Positions 25,441 to 37,347 of a stretch of DNA of 64,000 nucleotides are shown here, piece by piece. The notes beneath the pieces are model-generated. The model was not told where the DNA came from. It was given only the letters and a program-made list of their open reading frames with translations, and did no database searches. This stretch comes from Octopus vulgaris (taxonomy: Eukaryota): positions 26,164,001 through 26,228,000 of the forward strand of contig OX597833.1 in assembly GCA_951406725.2 (NCBI GenBank), written 5' to 3'. A program made the translations under genes and the position numbers. The stretch's first letter is position 1. Each line of letters begins with the position of its first letter.

Positions 25441-26560
25441 GTCGACCAGAACGGGCGCGAGGTGTTCGAACCAAAACAGAGATGTTCAGCTTTTCAGCGG
25501 CACTTTGCTCGACTGTTCGGGACGAATGGTAGGACGGATAACAAGGTAGACTTCGTTGTCTTCCTAGAGGGCCTGTCACGACTCTCGACGATCGAGGCGG
25601 AGTGCTGCGAAAGGCCGATAGCAGTCTGAGAAGTACAGGAAGCGATGAAGAGCTGCATGAGAGGCCGATCGCCGGGTTTGGATGGTCTGCTATAAGAACT
25701 TTATATTTGAATGTCAGAGTTGTTTGTGGGCCTCTTAGCAGACGTCTACTGCAACTGGCAGCAGAATGGAAGAATTCCCACTTTTGTCTGTCGAGGGGTG
25801 GTGGCCCTGCTGAGAAATATCCCGAACAATGGGCACGTTATAGAAAATTTGAAACCTATCACTGCTCTATGCCGAGATAAAGATTTTAGCCAAGGTGTTA
25901 GCCAAGAGGTTGGCGCTTGTCGTAGACAAGCTGGTTAGCGAGTGGCAAACATGTGACATCCTTACCAGGACTATTCGTGACAAGCTCCACCTCATGCGCT
26001 ATATCATAGAGAGGATGGGTAACGAAGCTGGCATGGGGGGGGAGGGCTCTGATCAATTTAGATCAATTTAAAGCCTTTGATTATGTTGACCATCAATACT
26101 TGGCAGCTGTCCTCAGGGCAGCCGGTTTCGGTCCGGTTTTCCGTTGTTGGACCTCTGCTTTGTACAGCGGCATCTGATAGGTTGTTCGGGTGAATGGTCA
26201 CCTCTCGGAAGCATTCAGCATTTTGCATTCGGTCCGTCAAGACTGCCCTCTCTCCTTCTTTTGTATGTACTAGAAGTTGGAGGTTTTGAGAGATGTCCTG
26301 CTTCAACTAGGATGTGGGAGAAGTGTGTCTGCTTACGCTGACGATGTCAACGTCATAGTGTCGAGCGACAGGAATATAGACCTGATTGGCAAAACACTAA
26401 AAGAATATGAAGGGGTGAAAGGAGCAAAATTTAACGCGGAAAAGTCAGTTGGATTGCAACTCGGCACCTGCAAAGGCAAATCCATGCCGTCCAACAAGGT
26501 CGTGGGGCGCTGGACAGACTGTCCCGTTAAGTTGCTCGGAGTTTGGTTTCGCCCGATCTG
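25441..26560 (+). mobile_element. Tx1/L1-clade LINE reverse-transcriptase fragment (frameshifted)
   Basis: Motifs across frames: IENLKPIT, KILAKVLAKRL, LINLDQFKAFDYVDHQYL, SVRQDCPLSP, VSAYADDVNVIVS, GAKFNAEKS. Confidence 0.92.
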
Positions 26561-26564
26561 TCTT

Positions 26565-26881
26565 GGAGAACTTTCGAGCCTGGGCCTATGGGTAATTTCC
26601 AGGACGAAAAGTTACTGGAATAACGATATAAAGATTTGCATCGACAACCGGTGACTGCCGTACGCTGAAGACAGGCAAATACCTAGAAACTGCAGTCCGT
26701 GCGTGTCACCTCGGTTGACGAGGGAGGGATGACCTCCCTTTGTAAATACCAGAAGGGCACAGAAAGTGTGCCTAAAGCCAGCTGGAGACGATTATCTCCT
26801 GGGGCTACAAGCTACAGTAACACCCACCCTTAGTGGTTAGCCATATTGAGATGGCTAGTATACCTTACCTTGCATATTATG

Positions 26882-26965
<84 letters not shown>
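26565..26965 (+). mobile_element. Hairpin-rich non-coding retroelement segment with hammerhead and (TAA)n tail
   Basis: Five short hairpins plus the HHR, ending ccttgcatattatga then (TAA)n at 26882-26965; RT similarity stops just upstream. Confidence 0.6.
26641..26721 (+). ncRNA. Type I hammerhead ribozyme with extended stem I
   Basis: caaccg-gtgac-tgc-cgtacg-CTGAAGA(26665-26671)-cagg(caaata)ccta-GAAA(26686-26689)-c(tgca)g-TC-cgtgcg-t-gtcac-ct-cggttg; GUC triplet, predicted cut after 26697; C.A mismatch at the base of stem II. Confidence 0.85.
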
Positions 26966-27856
26966 TTTTTCTTTTCTTTGTAAACCCATACATACAATAG
27001 AAACAACTGACAGGAAAGGAGTGACCACACATGTGCGAATATTCTTATAATACACGACGTGATGGATCGAAACACGTTATAGTTTATAGGATGAAAGTTT
27101 AACATTCAAAGCAAATGTTGGAAATCGAAGCACACGGTGGTGGAAGTGTAAAATCGCTGCGTGCCACCAAAAATTCTTCCGCTCCAATCACCTCCTGTGA
27201 ACTAAGGTTTCTAAAATGTTTCGTCAATATCTTAGATATTAGCAATAAGTTCTTTAGCTCCAGGTCTATTGTTGCGTAGATTTTTGTAAATTTTAGATTC
27301 TATGATAATTAGAAAGACCAACAAGTCTGCATCTGGCAATATAAATTTAAATAGGCAATATAATTGTCTATTTATATCGGTATTATTTTCTTAATGCTTT
27401 TTTCAAGATTGAGGAGTACTGATGCCCTGTTATAGATCTTACGAGATTGATGGAAGAGAGGAAGGTAATTCAATACTGGAACCGTGACTCAAATATCTGG
27501 AAACAATAGTTTCTACTAAAGACACCCAAATATGCTGGGTGGTGATGTGAAGCCAGATGACGGGTTAAATCCACCACTCATGTAAGACATAACAGCATTT
27601 TCATTCAGAACGCAAACAACCTCAACAAATATGACTACAAGATAACTACTCCGTCGTTCAAACAGTTCCGCTATTCCACTACTTTGTTACTTTCTTATTG
27701 ATACAAACGGATAAAAGAAAACGTGCCCTAGCCGGGATTTGAATTAAGAGCGCAGAGAATCATAATAAATACCACGAAGCAATCTGTCCAACTACCTAAT
27801 GATTTTGCTAATTAACCACCTGTGCTATTATTTTACCCTTAGTTTTCTTGTATATA

Positions 27857-28434
27857 GATGTTTTCGATCTAGTTTGATTGCAAAGAATTCAAATTTGATT
27901 GAAAAGAATTCAAATTTGATGGCAAATTATTCAAATTTGATGCCAAAGAATTCAAATTTGATTGAAAAGAATTCAAATTTGATGGCAAAGAATTCAAATT
28001 TGATTACAAAGACTTCAAATTTGATTGCAAAGAATTCAAATTTGATGGCAAAGAATTCAAATTTGATTGAAAAGAATTCAAATTTGATGGCTAATTATTC
28101 AAATTTGATGCCAAAGAATTCAAATTTGATTGAAAAGAATTCAAATTTGATGGCAAAGAATTCAAATTTGATGGAAAAGAATTCAAATTTTATAGCAAAT
28201 AATTCAAATTTGATTGCATAGACTTCAAATTTGGTTGCAAAGAATTCAAATTTGATTGCAAAGAATTCAAATTTGATTGCAAAGAATTCAAATTTGATTA
28301 CAAAGAATTCAAATTTCATTGCAAAGTATTCAAATTTGATTACAAAGATTTCAAATTTGATTACAAAGAATTCAAATTTGATTGAAAAGTATTCAAATTT
28401 GATGGCAAAGAATCCAAACTAGATCGAAAACATC
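27857..28434. mobile_element. MITE-like element: 20-bp perfect TIRs enclosing a 21-bp minisatellite
   Basis: gatgttttcgatctagtttg (27857-27876) and caaactagatcgaaaacatc (28415-28434); pairing extends about 5 nt outward with one mismatch. Confidence 0.8.
27877..28414. repeat. 21-bp tandem minisatellite, about 25.6 units (attgcaaagaattcaaatttg)
   Basis: Directly visible; constant period without indels. Confidence 0.98.
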
Positions 28435-29075
28435 CATATTTTTATATTGTCCAGTTATTACTCGTAGTCTGATATTTTCATTTTCATTGCGCTCTCTGTT
28501 AGCTGTTTTCACGAAAATTATGATTTATTTTATAATTATGAGAGTTTTATTGCTGTTACAATTAGCTACTCACCTTCATAAGTTTATTCTAAATTCCGTT
28601 TCTACTATTAATTTCACTAATGCGAGCATCCTTCTACATTTTTATGAATTAAACTGAAAATTTAATAGATTTGTTCTGATAATATTGCAATTCTTTCTCT
28701 TTCATCATTTCCTTAACTACGATGTACAGAAACTGTTAAACTCTCATATGACTTCCTTTGCAGTCCGTTGATGAATGCATCACGTGGCCATTGACTATTA
28801 TAAACGTCTGGCTACTAGAAATACGATCGTAACTAGAGAATAAAATCAAATTAAATCAAAACATACAAATTGAAATAGTATACATATTTATTTTTAATCC
28901 ATACTGTCAGACAAACAACGTAAGATAATACTTCTATGATCAAGCTGAATAATAATACTGAAAAGAAATCTTTCCTCAGAGTCGATTTGTTTATATATAT
29001 TTATATATAGATAAATATTTTCTGTTCACATACATTTGTATTGAGAAGAGGTTTCATAAACAAACACAAAATGTC

Positions 29076-29250
29076 GAGCACCGACTTTACTCCAACAAAT
29101 CGACACGGAACTTATTTTTTGTAAGCCTAGTACTTATTCTATCGGTCTCTTTTACCGAACCGCTTTTTGTTACAGGGAGGTAAATACATCAACATCGGTT
29201 GACAAGGTGATGGTGGGAGGGGACAAACACATACACAAAAGCATACATGC

Positions 29251-29294
<44 letters not shown>

Positions 29295-29444
29295 CGAGCT
29301 TCTTTCAGTTTCCGTCCACCGAATCTACTCACAAGGCTTTCGTCGCCTTGAGGTTATAGCAGAAGACACTTGACCAAGGTGTCACTATGTGGGACTGAAC
29401 CCGGAACCATGTGTTTGCTAAGCATGCTTCTTACCACACAGCCA
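29076..29444 (-). mobile_element. SINE family A, diverged
   Basis: Reverse complement of family A body with internal (TA)n. Confidence 0.88.
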
Positions 29445-29489
29445 GATTACATATATATACATGTTTGTATGACTTTTTGAAATATAGAA

Positions 29490-30416
29490 GTCAAGCACAA
29501 AATACAAATCCCTAGCGATGCTGCAGCAGGTGTTGGACGCAATTTACAGGTGGGCTGAGAAAAATAATATGCAGTTTAATGCTAGAAAATTCCAAGCCCT
29601 GCACTACAAGCACACAAAATTTAAGGAAAAACATACAGGGTACAATCCCAGAACATAAATCAGTGAGGGACCTGGGTATCGACATGAGTGATAATACTTC
29701 TGTCCAAGTACACATTACCAAGATGGCGACAAAGTGCAGACGACTGGCTAAATGAATCCTGAGAACCTTCAGAACCAGAGAGAAGGAAACCTTGAGTTCC
29801 TCTGGAGGACATTGGTCCTGGACTACAGCTCCCAACTATGGCTATCCAACAGTGTAAAATTAACAGAGGACCTTGAAGCAATCTAGTGAAGCTATACAAA
29901 GATAATCGTCTCATTGCAACATCTCAGCCATTAGGAAAGGCTCAAACAGTTAAGTCTCTTCTCCCTGGAGCGAAGGCGGAAGAGATATACAGTAATATAC
30001 ATCTGGAAAAACCTGGAAGGGAATTGCCAAATTTTGGCATTGAAAGCTATACAAATGCCAGAACGGGTCGCCACTGCGCAGTGCCGAAGATCCTATCATT
30101 ACCGTCACGTTTCAGGACCAGTTACTGCAATAGTCTAGGTTTCAAGGGCCCATAGTATTTTAATATTTTCCCAAAGGTCCCGAGGGACCTACATACATTG
30201 AATGTAGGTGTTTACAAAATAAAACTGGATCTCTTCCTGGAAAGTCCCAAATGAAACTACCTTGCGGCAGGGGGCGCAAATGAGGAAAGTGACATCAATA
30301 TTGCTTATCCACCAAATGCCATATATCAGAGGAGACTCTCAATAATATCAGTGTAGCAGAACGGCGGCGCCCCAGCATGGCCGCCGCTTTGAGCTGAAGC
30401 TGATAAAAGGATAAAA

Positions 30417-30420
<4 letters not shown>
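29490..30420 (+). mobile_element. CR1/L2-group LINE, 5'-truncated 3' end (RT C-terminus and tail)
   Basis: LQQVLDAIYRWAEKNNMQFNARKF, VRDLGIDMSD, ILRTFRTRE, LDYSSQLW, ERLKQLSLFSLERRR, KIKLDLFL; stops and frameshifts. Confidence 0.92.
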
Positions 30421-30455
<35 letters not shown>

Positions 30456-30494
30456 GTGAGAGAGAGAGAGATACATACATAGACAGACAAATAT

Positions 30495-30539
<45 letters not shown>

Positions 30540-31193
30540 CGGCCACTCACGGATATACACACAAGAGACTCAGAATGAAACTGATACCAGTCAGTTCTAT
30601 TTCGTTAACAAAAAAAAACATACATTCGCGAATACCCATACATCTATATCTGAACAAGGAGTAGATGAAAAGAAATTCTTTCCAATCCATGTTGATTCGG
30701 CTTATAGCACTTGACTACAAGAAAACTCCTGAACACAGAGAAAGAAACAATTAAAAATAACCAGCTTGGCAGTCGTGGTTCGTACAAATAATTAGAGGCA
30801 TCATAATAGTTTTTATATGTAACATAAATCATTTGAAGATCAGATAAGATTACAAAGACTAATGAAAAAAATAAAAGAATGGGTACATAATACTGTAGAG
30901 TAAATAAAATACTACAAAGACAACTTAATGATGCACTTAAGAGTAGTATTTGAAAAAAATACAATGTGATAGCCATAATTATTATCGACCAGCCGATGTC
31001 TACAGATGCTCGAGTAAAGAGCGATGAAGACAGTATTACAAAAAAATTGAGTCTAAACAAAGCAGAAAAGAAAATAAACCTTCTAGGGAAGAGAAAGCGG
31101 AGAGAGAAACAGAGAAAGAGAGAAAAAGAAAGCGAGAGTGATGAGAAGTGACATACAGACAGACAGGCACACACACATGCACACACATATACA

Positions 31194-31230
<37 letters not shown>

Positions 31231-31232
31231 AG

Positions 31233-31280
<48 letters not shown>

Positions 31281-32154
31281 GACTTATTTATGTATATAGT
31301 GCAATACAGAAATTGATATACAAACCATCGGACAGACATCGTAAACTGAATAATACCAAAAAAATAAAAAGGGAATAAATAAAGGATATTAAATAGATAT
31401 ATTAGAAAATGACCGAAACAATTTGCGAATAAAAGAAAGAGAATACCGCAAGAAATGATAGACAACATTGCAAATATAAAGGGGTTATGAAATAGCGTAT
31501 TCTGTTTTCTGTTATTAAGAAAAAGCCACATGAAAACACTGCAGAACGAAATAGCCAACCAGAAGGGAAGAAAAGCGTAATTCATATGAATATATTATAA
31601 AAAGGAATAAAACTTCTCAACATGGAGTATATAATTCTTGACAAATATCATGAACAGAATTTTCAAGATTTTCCTCGAACCAAATAAATTAAAGACATCT
31701 AAAATAGGAATGATTGAAGTCACTCTTTGTGATGAGTAAATATAATGAATGATGATGTAAGATGATTCCTGCAAGCAAATCTCAATTCGCGCAATATCTA
31801 ATTGCTTATGTTTCAAGCACAAAGCTTCGCATAAAGATGTTGAGGCATCACTTGTTTACATTAAGCATCGTTTCTTTCTAATTCTACACAAGCATGAAAG
31901 AAAAGCCTTAGGATTAACGAAGGCATGCACAAATATCTTAACACTGACCACATCATGTATAGAAAAAGTTCTTCTATAAAATACTTATCTAATTTATACG
32001 TTTCACTAATTTGAGTTACAATTGATTGCAATATTTGTTTTCACCAAAAACAGCATGAAAACGTAGAACATAGCGTGTCGCAGTAGATTTATAAATATCA
32101 ATTACATATACTACGCCTGTATGCATATATCTACATCTATATCTATTTATCTCT

Positions 32155-32548
32155 CTCTTTTTTACTTGTTTCAGTCATTTGACTGCGGCCATGCTGGAGC
32201 ACTGCCTTTAGTCGAGCAAATCGACCCCAGGACTTATTCTTTGCAAGCCTAGTACTTATTCTATCGGACTCTTTTACGGAACCGCTAAGTTACGGAGACG
32301 TAAACACACCAGCATCCGTTGTCAAGCGATGCTGGGGGACAAACACAGACACACACACAAACATATATATACATACACATATATACGACGGGCTTGTTTC
32401 AGTTTCCGTCTACCAAATCCACTCACAAGGCTTTGGTCGGCTCGAGGCTAAAGTAGACGACACTTGGTCAAGGTGCCACGCAGAGGGACTGAACCCGGAA
32501 CCATGTGGCTGGTAAGCAAGCTACTTACCACACAGCCATTACTGCGCC
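32155..32548 (-). mobile_element. SINE family A, full length
   Basis: Complete head-to-tail match to 58328-58733. Confidence 0.95.
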
Positions 32549-32821
32549 TAACTATCTTTCCTTCTCGCTTGTTTACTCGTTTTCACCATTTTGACTACCT
32601 TATATATGTGTCTGTGCGTGTGTGTATGTGTGTATGTCCGGGTGTTTGCGTATGTGTGTGTGTGTATGTGAGCGTATATGAATGTGCGTGAGCGAGTATG
32701 CGTGTATATATAAAAGCTAGAATACACACGCCAATACATGCAAACACATGCACGCACATACACACACACGCTGACATCTATATATATATATATATATATA
32801 TGTATATACATATATACATAC

Positions 32822-32872
<51 letters not shown>

Positions 32873-32873
<1 letters not shown>

Positions 32874-32918
32874 GGGTATCTGAGAGACATCCCCATGCCG
32901 AAATAACAGTCGAACCCT
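32873..32918 (+). ncRNA. Degenerate hammerhead motif
   Basis: agggtat-CTGA-GA-gacat(cccc)atgcc-GAAA-taacag-TC-gaaccct; stem I agggt/accct; core lacks one base. Confidence 0.45.
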
Positions 32919-32987
32919 GACTCTAAAAACCACCTAAAATGTTCATATCGCACCATGAGATAAGACAGAGAGACAAAATAAACTAGC

Positions 32988-33041
32988 AAAAAGATATTAC
33001 TGGATAATTCAAGATCCTGGATTATCCAGTAATATCTTTTT
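32988..33041. repeat. Perfect 21-bp inverted repeat with 12-nt spacer
   Basis: aaaaagatattactggataat / attatccagtaatatcttttt. Confidence 0.95.
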
Positions 33042-33119
33042 TATTTGACTCCCTTAATTTATAGTTCTGAAAAATTATTACCTTTGTATGGTATTTATTC
33101 CCATGCTGGCCACTTCATC

Positions 33120-33143
33120 ATATCGATATTTAAATATCGATAT
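33120..33143. repeat. Perfect 24-bp palindrome
   Basis: atatcgatatttaaatatcgatat. Confidence 0.92.
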
Positions 33144-33155
33144 TATCCTTATATA

Positions 33156-33230
<75 letters not shown>

Positions 33231-34049
33231 ATGTATGTATATGTATGTATATATATGTGTGTGTATGTGTGTGGTGGAATTACTGGGATTTGCTGCTAAA
33301 GCTGAATGCGTACTATTTCAAGGGAGATAATTGCATCTAATTTTATTTTATGTTGATAAATCATTAGCAAAGATTGGAAAGAGCATACATATATTTTCAT
33401 ATAATTCATTTGCTTTCTAAAGAATGGTGTCTTTAAAGTCTCTGGTAGCCGTAGATGCTACTATTTCGGCCTCTTTCTAAACTCTTTAACACGACATAAT
33501 TCGAGATTCTAACATTAACTTCTAAATTTATTGAAAAAACATAAAACGAGCCATTTCTTTTTCCTTTCTTCTTTTTCTAACTGTTGAGAAAAGAAGAAAA
33601 AGAAGGGAACAGAAACCGGCATAAAGTGGGGTGGGGGAAGAACTTCTGACATGAAATATCTTGCATGGGTTTTTAAATAGTTCCATTTTAGATTTGCCTT
33701 GTGTAATGATTTTTTGCGTAGAGGCATTTAATGATTTCACTACGAGTGTATACTTAAGACTCCTACGTTCTTCCCAGTCACAAATACGGAATTTCTGGCT
33801 GTATTTTCCTGTTGCGTTATCCGTCGGGATGATTTGGAATTAGTATCCTTTTATTTCATCTTGCAATGGAATTTTGCCATTTGTTTATGTGAATAGCATT
33901 TGATAATCTGCCAGTGTTTCATATACACGTGGTGGAATTATTAGGAATTGCTATCGAGAGAGAGAGAGAGAGGGAGAGAGAGAGAGAGAGATATATAAGT
34001 AGGTAGGTTGGTAGGTAGGGATGAAAGGAGGGAGTTTGGGACGGGGTAA

Positions 34050-34341
<292 letters not shown>

Positions 34342-34479
34342 TTTAGATATTTCAATTTTTAAGATACTACTCAACTTCTGAACGTTGACTATAGAAACTT
34401 TTGTACACAAACTTTGCTGATTTATTAGAAAAGTAACTGCATCCCATCATATAGTTATAAACAAAAGTGAATGACAAAC

Positions 34480-34972
34480 TAATTTTCTGGATCGGAACAA
34501 GTGGAGAGGTGCTGTCAGGACTGGTTGCAACGGCTGGGAGGAAAAGATGATTCAGTACTTTGAGCTTAAAAGGGCTTGTCGGAAAGGAACGGTTGAAACT
34601 GAAATCAGCAGTGTTCTGTTATCAAAAGCAGGATACGTGAATCACATCAAGTCACATAAAATCGAAATGCCCAGGTAGATTATAATCTTGAAGCCCCACT
34701 ACCTCATACGACTTGTGCCATATGTCACAAAATTTGCAAGACAATGTCTGGACTTAAAACACATATGCTAGTTCACAAAAACAGTCCTTCAGAATCAGAT
34801 TCCAAAGGACAAAGACGTAGAAGAAACTTGAATAATATCTGTCACTTGTGTTTTAAAACCTGCCAATCTGCAGCTCATCTTAAAAGTCACCTGAAGGCTC
34901 GCCAACGGAAGAGTTGTGATGGGGTGTGATGTGAATGTTAAGTCAAGATGAAGCTATCATGATGATGATGAT
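34480..34972 (+). mobile_element. RTE (BovB-like) LINE 3' end with C-terminal C2H2 zinc fingers and (TGA)n tail
   Basis: DRNKWRGAVRTG...LKRACRK...LLSKAGYVNHIKSH; CAICHKICKTMSGLKTHMLVH; CHLCFKTCQSAAHLKSHL; tail tgatgatgatgat. Confidence 0.8.
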
Positions 34973-34973
34973 C

Positions 34974-35132
34974 AGCTGAAGATTGGCAGGTTTTAAAACA
35001 CAAGTGACAGATATTATTCAAGTTTCTTCTACCTCTTTGTCCTTTGGAATCTGATCCTGAAGGACTGTTTTGGTGAACTAGCATATGCGTTTTAAGTCCA
35101 GACATTGTCTTACAAGTTTTGGGACATATAGC
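34974..35132 (-). mobile_element. Inverted partial copy of the preceding zinc-finger segment
   Basis: Reverse complement of 34717-34875 with about 9 mismatches (counted by eye). Confidence 0.93.
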
Positions 35133-35584
35133 AAAACACTTCATTTCACGTCGCTACAATCCATTTAGATTTAAATGAGTAGTCCTGCAATGAACCAGCG
35201 TCCTGTCTAGGGAGGAATATATACGCCAGAGAAACCAGGAGACCGTCCCTGTGCTCCTTGCAGATTAATGTGGACCAACAATATATATAATATAATATAA
35301 TATATATATTTGCCCATTAAACTACGTTTACTCCGAGGTTACTTCAAATAATATGAGCCTAGCGTGGCCTAATAATTAACAAATTCGTTTCGCTACCACG
35401 ATCTCTCTTGTTTGATTCCATTGGGAGAATGCCATTAGGTGGATTCCATTATGTGGCTTTTTGGGTAAGACTCCTTTCTTAAAACAGTGGGTCGACCCAG
35501 AATTCGAGAATGAATTCGGTTGGATGGAAATTGTGCAGAACACCTTTGGATGGTTTACACCTCTGATTCCGACAGAACATCCGT

Positions 35585-35695
35585 ATCAGGTACACTGTAT
35601 CACGCTGACTCTGCCTGAAGATAACATTAAGGGTGTACCTGTACGTGGAATACTCAGGCACTTTTACACTAATTCGGGAGAAGGTCATGCACGTA
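35585..35695 (+). mobile_element. Old relative of the SINE family C body
   Basis: Reverse complement (aagtgcctgagtattccac...acccttaatgttat...gcgtgatacag) aligns with 48560-48635. Confidence 0.55.
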
Positions 35696-36399
35696 ATCCA
35701 ATAACTGTATGATTCCTCATAATCGAGCAGTGGAAATCCACTCCCACATCCACGATCAAGATTAAATGTTTTAAAATTAAATATACCCATATTTGAAAAA
35801 TTATGTATAAAAGTATATGTGTAAGTACGATCAGTTGTGTGTGCATGTGCGTGTGTGTGTGTGTGCGCGTGTGTGTGTGTGTGTGTGTGTATGTGTGTGT
35901 ATGTGTGTGTGTGTGTGACAGTGTAATTATGAGAAGTGTATATTCGCGTGTGTATAAAGTATATCGAATGTAAGGCAACAAGAAGCTCATCTTCGAAAGA
36001 ATCAATTTAAAGTGTAGGAGTTGAGTAATTTTATCACCTTTGCTTTTAGTACAGTTAAATTACACACAAACACACACACACACACATACACATGCATGTG
36101 TACATATATATTCATATACTATATACATGTATATCTCTGTGAGTATTTGACTGTATGTATGTATGTCTCTATATCCATACTATTTATTTATTATGTCTCT
36201 ATATCCATACACATTCACCCACATATCAGTACACGCTCAAATATTTTCTCGTATGCTCTACCATTGCGTTTACACGCTCCTACGCTGTTTTACACGGAGC
36301 GCAAAAACACACGCATTCGCGAACAGGCAGTCACGTACACGTAAGCTTTCAGAGTTAAGTGATGAAATCACATTCGTAGATACATGAGAACTTCTAAAA

Positions 36400-36660
36400 T
36401 GAACTGGAATTCATTCAGAAACGAAAGAACACAATGATTTCTATGAAGATATTTAAGATAGAGTTATAAGTGTATATTCAACATCATACACTGTAATGGT
36501 AAATCCATTGCAGAACGCTGGTTAAATACGTTATCAGAAATAGCTGGAAGCAGGAATAACTTTGGCATTAACGGTAAATCAATACATCTAGCAATTTGCT
36601 AACAACATAGCAAAAACACTGTGTTGGCTGAAAGTCTTAGAACGATATCACAACTTTCTT
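36400..36660 (+). mobile_element. Highly decayed LINE RT remnant
   Basis: GINGKSI...QFANNIA resembles INGK..NL.FADDI. Confidence 0.3.
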
Positions 36661-37137
36661 CTCCAAAATATTTGTAACTTATTGTTTTTTATTTGACTTA
36701 CATTCATATATTATTTATTACTTTTTTTTTATTGTTTGAGTATGACGGACACCGTACGGGTGTATATTTGTATGTGTGTGTGAGCGTGTGTGTGTGTGTG
36801 TGTTGGTGCGAATGTGTCCGTCTTTTTTGCGTAAGTCTTTGTATATTTTTGTGGAATGTACGAATTGGTGCTTTGGATATGTGCTCTACAATACTATCAA
36901 AACTTTTGAATTCTCTCTCTCTCTCTTTCTTCCTCTCTGTCTCTGTTTCTCCATCTCTCTCTCTCTCTCTCTCTCTCACTCTGTATGTATACACACACAC
37001 AAATAAATATATATACATACTCATATGTAAATTCATTTATAAAATATACACACATATATATATATATACACATGTATGTATGATGGTATGTATGTATATG
37101 TATGTATGAATAATATAGATATACGTGTGTGCGTGTA

Positions 37138-37174
<37 letters not shown>

Positions 37175-37250
37175 TATATATATACACACAGAGAGAGGCA
37201 GGTAGACATATATACAGACAGACAGACAGACATATAGATAGCTAGCTAGC

Positions 37251-37251
<1 letters not shown>

Positions 37252-37347
<96 letters not shown>
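37252..37347. repeat. (GATA)n microsatellite
   Basis: Directly visible. Confidence 0.98.

Noticed and set aside
27877-28414. CRISPR-like array, or CDS 27799-28221 with a 7-aa repeat
   Set aside because: Units are contiguous with no unique spacers, there are no cas genes, and the context is eukaryotic. The ORF is open only because the period is a multiple of 3.
28570-28640. Minus-strand splice donor (aag/GTGAGT) and candidate small exon
   Set aside because: All three frames of the candidate exon contain stops
30620-31950. A-rich strand-biased sequence resembling decayed TE coding DNA
   Set aside because: No motif could be assigned with any confidence
34744-35144. Host C2H2 zinc-finger gene
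   Set aside because: No TGEKP linkers; preceded by an RTE DRxxWR motif, followed by a (TGA)n tail, and frameshifted
35461-35790. Overlapping 83-aa and 103-aa ORFs in a GC-richer island
   Set aside because: The central part aligns with the SINE C body and no domain is recognised
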